Below, in pieces: positions 57,406-64,000 of a stretch of 64,000 bases of DNA. Made by a program: the position numbers and the translations under genes. The stretch covers positions 1 to 64,000 of the forward strand of contig DF237210.1 of the NCBI GenBank assembly GCA_000708835.1, written 5' to 3'. Origin of the DNA: Klebsormidium nitens (taxonomy: Eukaryota > Plantae > Klebsormidiophyceae). Under the pieces are notes generated by a model that ran no database searches, had not been told where the DNA came from, and worked only from the letters and a program-made list of their open reading frames with translations. Within the stretch, counting starts at the first letter, position 1, and each line of letters starts with the position of its first letter.

Positions 57406-60400
57406 TCAACTCTTGGCTGCATATGTTCGTACAAAGTCCAATGCTTGCGTAAGCAGCTGCTCTGGAGATATCACAAAATCACCCGTGTCCAACGTCAGTT
57501 TTGGGTTAAGGCCAACGTCATAGTTCCAACAGCCTTGGTACCTGCAACGAATCGCATGGTTATGTAGCATTACCCGACTCGGAACCAGAACGTCGCTTGC
57601 TGAACCCCGTCCATGTCATGCGTCGGGCGGGTCGAGAGTCAAATTTTCAGGAAGCCGCTTTGTCTGATCCGCAACCCTTCCAAAAGATGCTGGGATCTGT
57701 GCAATCACGAGGCACTTAGAAGAGGTGGCTCCATCTATGTTCCAAGGTTCTTGGATCACTAAACCGACAAGGCCTTCAACATAGCAACAAGATTTGGACG
57801 AAGCACTCCTCGAGCCCACATACCACGCCAAATGATTTTTCCCTCAGCATAACACCTTCGAACATCCGAGCCACTTATCGCAAAACTAAAACGACACGGA
57901 AACATAGCTGAATGACACCAACCTGCTCATCAACACTTCGATGTCTGCCCAAGTTGACGGCTTGTGCCAACCCGAAGAGGACGCTGACTGGGCCGCCGCA
58001 GCGGCTCTTCTCTCTACTCTTTCTTTCCAGACCTCTGCAGAAACACAGCAAGCTTCTTCTCGGACTTCGTCGGCCATTTGCCATCCTTGATGAAAGGCTT
58101 CAGAACCATCGTCGAAATTTCTAATTCTAGTTTCACATGGATACAACTCCGCCCATGGGAGTAGGAAGAAGCGAGCAGGAAGAAGCGCAGGGCAGAAAAA
58201 TATCTACTGAGTTTGAGTACGGGAAACGAGAAATCGTCGGGGAGAGGATTGGGGACAATCTCTCAAGAGATTCGCCTTAAGAAACCGTACATCAACAAAA
58301 TCAGCGGCCTGAGACGCCCGGATAACAATTGTGATGATGCGAATTTTAGAGCACGGCTTGAGGAACGAATGGAGCTGACTTGTTTGAAACGTGACACTCA
58401 ACAAGCTTTCTCAGCCCGAGTCAGCTCGACGCGTGGAGTGGCCTCTCTTGCCGCCTTCGATTCAACGTTTTAACGATTCGGAATGGTCATTTTGAGTGGT
58501 GACTGAATGGGAATACCATTTGCACGTTGATGCAGGTTGACCGGAAGCCTGTCCGTTCGAAACCAGCCAATCGTTCGACAGATGAAGTTGGCCACTCCTC
58601 GTTCTACGTGGTACATAACTACAGACGATTTTCAAGGGCCCGGCGATTACAAGGAAGGAGCCGAACCGTTGACTGTGACCCAAGAATGACAAGTGTAAAC
58701 CCACCTTCTTTGGATGGCGCGCATTCGATGACGAGAATCCTGGCCCCAGTGGCGGCAGCACTCTGCAGAAGTGGAGCAGGACTTTGATTGCTGTCGTGTG
58801 TGAAATCCTCTGATTTGTTATCGCCCCCATTTTCAAAAACATTACTCGCCCCACGCTCCAACGTGGTTACGCTTTCCAGAACGACTCCGCCCTCCAATTG
58901 TGAGCCGACGCAAGCGTACGGCACAGTTGGTCAAAGGTGGTGGCTCGAGTCAGGGTCGTTTCTCATGTGCTACGCAATCTGTTGGGACAACTCTGAAGCG
59001 CAGAACCCATCATTCAAAAGCCTTATTATGATTACCGACTTGGGCCCCGTTGGATTGATGTGCCCTTTCGTTCTGTGGCTGAGTTCTCTACTCCAACAAA
59101 TGTACTCTGGTTTGAGCAAGGTTCGATTGAAGCCTGCAGTACCCTTCAGCTTACCTGCTCGGCCTCCTGAAATCGTTGTAACGAGGAGAGGGGAGAGTCG
59201 ACGATCACAGTGAGACCCAGGCTAAGCTGCAAGAGAAGGTCCAGAAGCAATCAGGACTGGCCAGTGGATGAAAGTCACATGATCAAATGCTTCCGGAAGG
59301 ACTTGTTTCATTTGGGGGCTGAACTGACAATGCCCTAGCAGCGCTCGCCTGCAAGGCCGGTGGTTACCAATCTCCACACCCAAATACTCATTCTGTGGCA
59401 GAGATCATAACCTGCGGCTCCGACAAGAGGGGCTCAAGGAAGAAAAACCATTTCTGGTCAACCATAGTATTTTGTCATCCGTCAAGCTGGTTCTCTGTAT
59501 GACCAGGGGCTTTCAGCTCAAACGTTCTTGAACGGGTCAGAAAAGTTGGCGAACGGACCCTCGCTGATAATGTGAACAGCCCAAGTGCAGTCTCACCACG
59601 CTTTCGAAAGTTCTGAAAGCATAAAGTTACAGGTCCCTTCAAGAGATCTGCCAACGACTTGCAAACCTCCATACCTGCCGCAGCTTGCAATTTCCCAAGT
59701 GGCACTCGCAGCTTTCTTATGGAAGTCTACGTCAATGAGAAGACACAGGTATGAGGGGCTCTCACTTGAGTGGCGGCTATCCTCCACATGACTTGGTAAG
59801 AGAGGTCGTTCAGAATGGTCGCAGGGATATCACCAGATCTTGGAGGGTTGCTGGTGCTGGAAGAGGCGTCTTCCAATGCTTCCAAGTGCATTGTGCAGTC
59901 CCGTACATCGTCCTGTACGCATAAGACGCAGATTTGTGGGTCTGTAGGACCGAGTAAGCCATCAATTGATAGAGATAAACTTAAATCGTAACAAGGAACT
60001 TAAGGTACAGGAGGACAGGTGCGGTTAGTTTGGTGGCTAGGGTGGGTTCGGGTGCGGAGCAAGTCAATTTGTCCTTCGAGTTTTAGTGTTGGTCAAACCA
60101 AAGTACTCAGTACTTTCAATACTTAAGATCCTTATTACTCTTGATTCTTAAGGTCATATTAATTGGAGGTATCGCAATTGCGGATCCTCAGGCGGCATTT
60201 GACAGCTTGCTTGATACCAAAACCCGTCTTTCCTTCCTAACTTGTTGACTGAAACTTGATCTGGTGCCCCAGCTAGACACCAGAACTTTAATGCGCAAGT
60301 TTTGGTGTACAAGCACGCAAGTTGGTGAGCGGAATGGACAAGGTAGGCGTACTGACCTTGTCGATCAGGGGGCAGCACAGTGCGCGCGCAAGGGCTCTAG

Positions 60401-60665
60401 CCAGCGTGCTCTTCCCTGCAATCTGCAGCGCAGATTTCAGGTCCATAATGGTCACAGTAACTTGAGGCTAGAGAAAGCTGAGTGACTGGATCTTTTGACA
60501 CTTCAGCTTTGGAGGAAGAGAAGGGCAGGAAGATTATCATGTGGACTTTATACCACCACAGTGATCTTTCTCAAGAAGATTCCTGAGAAACAACTGGAAT
60601 AAGGTGAGGTAGTCACCTGTACCAGGATGCCCTTTCATCAGCACCAGCAGGCAGTCTCCAGCCAT
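57406..60665 (-). CDS. plant AAA_33-type P-loop NTPase / kinase-like protein
   Basis: Exons 60665-60617, 60415-60357, 59912-59766, 59226-59155, 58762-58705, 58034-57923, 57541-57406, phases consistent. MKGHPGTGKSTLA..PLIDKDDVRDC, LNDLSYQVMWRIAATQLSLGLTVIVDSPLS, VIEC, WHKPSTW, YQGCWNYDVG..PKLTLDT. Confidence 0.92.
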
Positions 60666-62729
60666 ATTGGTCTCTTTTGGACCTAGGGCCTCTGAATTGA
60701 AAGGTGGTGTGGCCAAAACATCTGCAGTACCAGCCTGCATCTCATCATTGGCCCTTGTTCCAACCATGATGGCACACGTACAGAGCCACTGGCCCGCCAA
60801 TGGCAGGTTGTGAGTGAGCACAGAATACTTTAAAAGAGATTACACCGTGACTGGGATCGGCAGCTAGAACCAACACGAAATGGGGGATCCCTTGCCCTTC
60901 AAATTGTGCAAGAGATCTGGCCGCCACCTCTCCTGTTGAAGCTGACGCTTGAGCTGCATCTCTAATAGATAGTCACTCAACACAGCCTCCACAAGAAGAG
61001 CTAAGCAGGAAGGAAATTCACCTGCATTGAGCGCTCGCTAGGCTTCCATGGCGCACGGCCCAGCCGCGCATAAGTTGGGCGGCCGCCGGCGGCGGCGGCC
61101 CGGCCCGGGGGCTGCGCGCGCTGCAGTCAGAATGCGATTGTAAAAATCGATGGTTCAAACTTGTTCCAATCTTATCGACGGTGTCGCGGGTCCGTCATGA
61201 CGTATCCAGCTGAACACTCAGCTTCTTGCCACGTCATTGCAAGCCAGCGACCGTCGATGAAACCGGATCTCAAAGACCAACGGGTGGGAGTCGTCTATTT
61301 TCAGCACATTTCTCCCGGCAAAGTCGCCATGTCAAACCGAGGCCCGGGCTCTCGAATCGTGGGGCGATAAGGTCCGGGTTACTTCCACCGGGCTTCGAGC
61401 TGATTTGGCGCGCTAAAATAACGGAACCTGCTATTTTTCGCCCCAAAGTTCGAAATCGACAGATCATTTGTGATGAGCTACGACAGCCTACGAGCACCAC
61501 AGCCAGAGTCGGCTTCTAGCGCTGCACCTAGAATGCATGGTGACCGTGGCCAGGGTCGCTTTCACAGGAGCAAAACGCAGGGTTTCTTGCACAATCCAGC
61601 TCCAGCCTCCAGCTGACAGTGAGAGTTTTGTTGGGACTTCGGCATTGTTTAGCCGCCACCGTGGATGTTAGAGAGAACTCTGGGTTTCAGAGCGCAAACA
61701 GTGGTGCAGCTACACGCACGCACTTGAGATCGTTTGAAGGGTTTTGCCAACAGTGCTGCAACATAAGGTGAGCTGATATTTTCATCAGTTTATCTATGGG
61801 TATCAAACCGACTAACTTCCGTCGAAATGGGCGACCGCACTGAGCTACGTTCTCAAGTCGCTGTCAAGTCTGCTCATTTAGTTCAGTGGTGATCAATGCC
61901 ATCTGGAAAGGTTGCTTGTCAGCTCAGCCCCTCATCTTCAGTCAAGCAAAGGTGGAATGGGGGTGAATGACAGGGGTCTCTTAGAATGACTTTCAAAGAG
62001 GAGCTCAACACAGTGTCGCTCAGATCAGTGGAACGACGGAGTTACAAGTATACCACCAGCACAGCACTTGATTGTCTTTCTAAAGGGCTTTGCAAAGCTT
62101 CTGCGGAACATGCTCAGATGGCTGTCGGGCCAGTACCTCTGATGAACACATGCCAGAACATTCAACAGGGTAGCCGCCGTCAAATCTTTTGCGATTCATT
62201 CGAAGGGAATAAAGACCTCTTACGAGTGCTTTCACTCTTTATTTCCCATTTACCTTATATTGCTAGTACTTTCAGTTGTTTCATGCACGTGAATGCACGA
62301 CGGATGGAAAAGAGCAGAAGAGATCAGAAGCACCAGAGTAACGCAGTCTCGTCACCTGCATCGTTCCCCTTTGAACCATCGATGTGGATCACAAGGTTCT
62401 GGCCACATACGCCACCTTACAATCTGCTTTACAGACCCCTCCTTAGCCTCTTCCGACCAAAGATCGAAAAGGCACCTCATCGTTTCAATCCCTCTGTGTT
62501 GTGAAGCTGAATTACGACGCTGGTCACATCTGTCCCCAACTATTTCTCCCCCAGATGTTCCAGCAATTTGTAGCAAATCATCTGCCTCGCAAGGTGGCAC
62601 GTCCTCCTTGGCTTTAATCTCTCGATCTCCCACTTGTTGGATTCTAGAACTCCAATCTTTACCCTCCTCTACGAACTTTTTCTGCAGTTTCTGACCCGCT
62701 GGCCCATTCAAAACCTTCAAGCAGGGCCT

Positions 62730-63672
62730 CCGCCGCTGCTTCCATCAAACCACGACAGGGATGCAGGCCAAGCAGCAGGAATGGCCACCGGCCTGGCAAC
62801 CCAAGGGGCTCGAGTCCGAGCCTCTAGTTCCCACACAGGGGGCTGAAATCAGAAAGGGCACAGGCGACAGGCAGAAAGCGCGGCACTGGGCCGAGTATCT
62901 TCCTTCCACAACCAGCCTCGACACTGACGGTGACCTTGACGATGGGGACTCGGTGAATGGGGAGCCTCCCCCGCCATCAATGAAACCGATAACCAAGCCG
63001 GCACCGCAGCAGGTTTGAAGAGCGACGCTTTGTCACTTTCCGGCTTCTTTTGAGTGTTGTCCTCCTCCTTCTTTTCCTAACAGGAAGACTGATTGAGTTG
63101 CCAGGGATGATTCCACATGTCTAAGCTATTGTGGATTAGGACTTTCAAGACGGAAAAGCAATGCGGTCTGCGTGCGAATGTATACTGTCACCTACAGCGT
63201 GTCTGAGCCTCTAACACTTGAGAAGCCTGTGTCCACCAAGATTCGATGGAAGGCAGGCTTAAGCAAAGGATGTACTCCCATGATGAGCCCAAGCTGATTC
63301 CCAACAAGTTCTCCAAGCTGCTTGAAAGCACATCAATTAGAACTCTTATCAGCCCAGCCTTTGAGAAGGTGTATTTCCAATTCTCCTCTCTCAAATCGAG
63401 TTGTTTTTGCACCTGATAACAGCCAGGTGGCAAATGAAACCCCTTGTACAGCTGTGATTTGGTTAAGCATCAGACCTACGAAGCAGTGACTAATCCTCAA
63501 AGTGCGTCTCCTGTTACCGCAGGATGCGTCGTTGGTAAAGCGCCCTGCGGCCCTCGACCCAGCATCAGCGTTCGTGCAGGCGTTCCAGGTGTTGAGCGCA
63601 GAGGATCGGGCACGTGTTGCTGCGGCCTCAAGAACGCACTGTGTTGTTGAAAGCCGAAGGGAGTCGCTGCAG
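62730..63672 (+). CDS. partial spliced gene of unknown function (runs off window)
   Basis: Candidate exons ~62730-63012 (..KARHWAEYLPST..PAPQQ|gt) and 63523-63672 (cag|DASLVKRP..RESLQ|gtgagg), both phase 0; no recognisable family. Confidence 0.5.
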
Positions 63673-64000
63673 GTGAGGTTTCATACTGCCCCTGGGAAAG
63701 CCCCCGTAAAATCTGACAACAGGGGGTTTCGAGCAATGACCTTCATTCGTCTTCGATATGATGAGGTTTCACCAAGCTACCTGCGAAGTGTGTGGCTACC
63801 TTTTGATAGCATCTCGTGCCAAGTTCGTTCAGAGGGAATAATTCCTGCCTGGCGCATTGAGCTTCGTCTCCTGATCATGATGAACTGTCGACTTCGACCA
63901 GTCTTTCTGCAAGGGGCTCCTGTGTACCGTTGAGTAAGTCTGACATTAGTTTCTCAGAGGTGAGAGCAGACAGAAGCACCAAGGGCCGACAGGGACGACT

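Noticed and set aside
62352-62720. 122-aa minus ORF with a W-rich end
   Set aside because: No family match recalled and no convincing exon chain; conflicts with better-supported plus-strand exons.

Overview
Intron-rich eukaryotic nuclear DNA with one assembly gap (N 22563-23459). The plant-type gene set (RETICULATA-family DUF3411, RecX, plant-type QCR10, AAA_33 kinase-like), introns of roughly 0.15-1 kb and GC3-rich exons suggest a streptophyte green alga such as Klebsormidium (inference). I reconstructed 11 spliced genes by hand from GT/GC-AG boundaries and frame continuity: BET/GTE bromodomain protein (+), poly(A) polymerase (+, one GC-AG intron), RER/DUF3411 plastid protein (-), 3-hydroxybutyryl-CoA dehydrogenase (-, ends SKL), LYR-like+ApaG protein (-), IPK1 (+), RecX (+), ELP4 (+), RPB8 (-), QCR10 (+, too short for the ORF track) and an AAA_33 P-loop protein (-). 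An unidentified partial gene lies at the right edge. Between GTE and PAP (about 6.1-14.4 kb) is an accessory island of intronless broken genes: a triple-frameshifted two-TM protein with a DEG/ENaC-like layout, two tail-to-tail proteins with truncated MYND fingers, and single-stop ORFs. The most striking unexplained structure is that at least 5 of about 55 introns, in 4 unrelated genes, carry an upstream diverged copy of their own 3' splice site plus the first 18-50 nt of the next exon. These could act as decoy/poison acceptors, and one forms an in-frame 18-nt micro-exon. No tRNA, rRNA, CRISPR array or intact transposon was recognised. Family assignments come from remembered motifs, not database searches.
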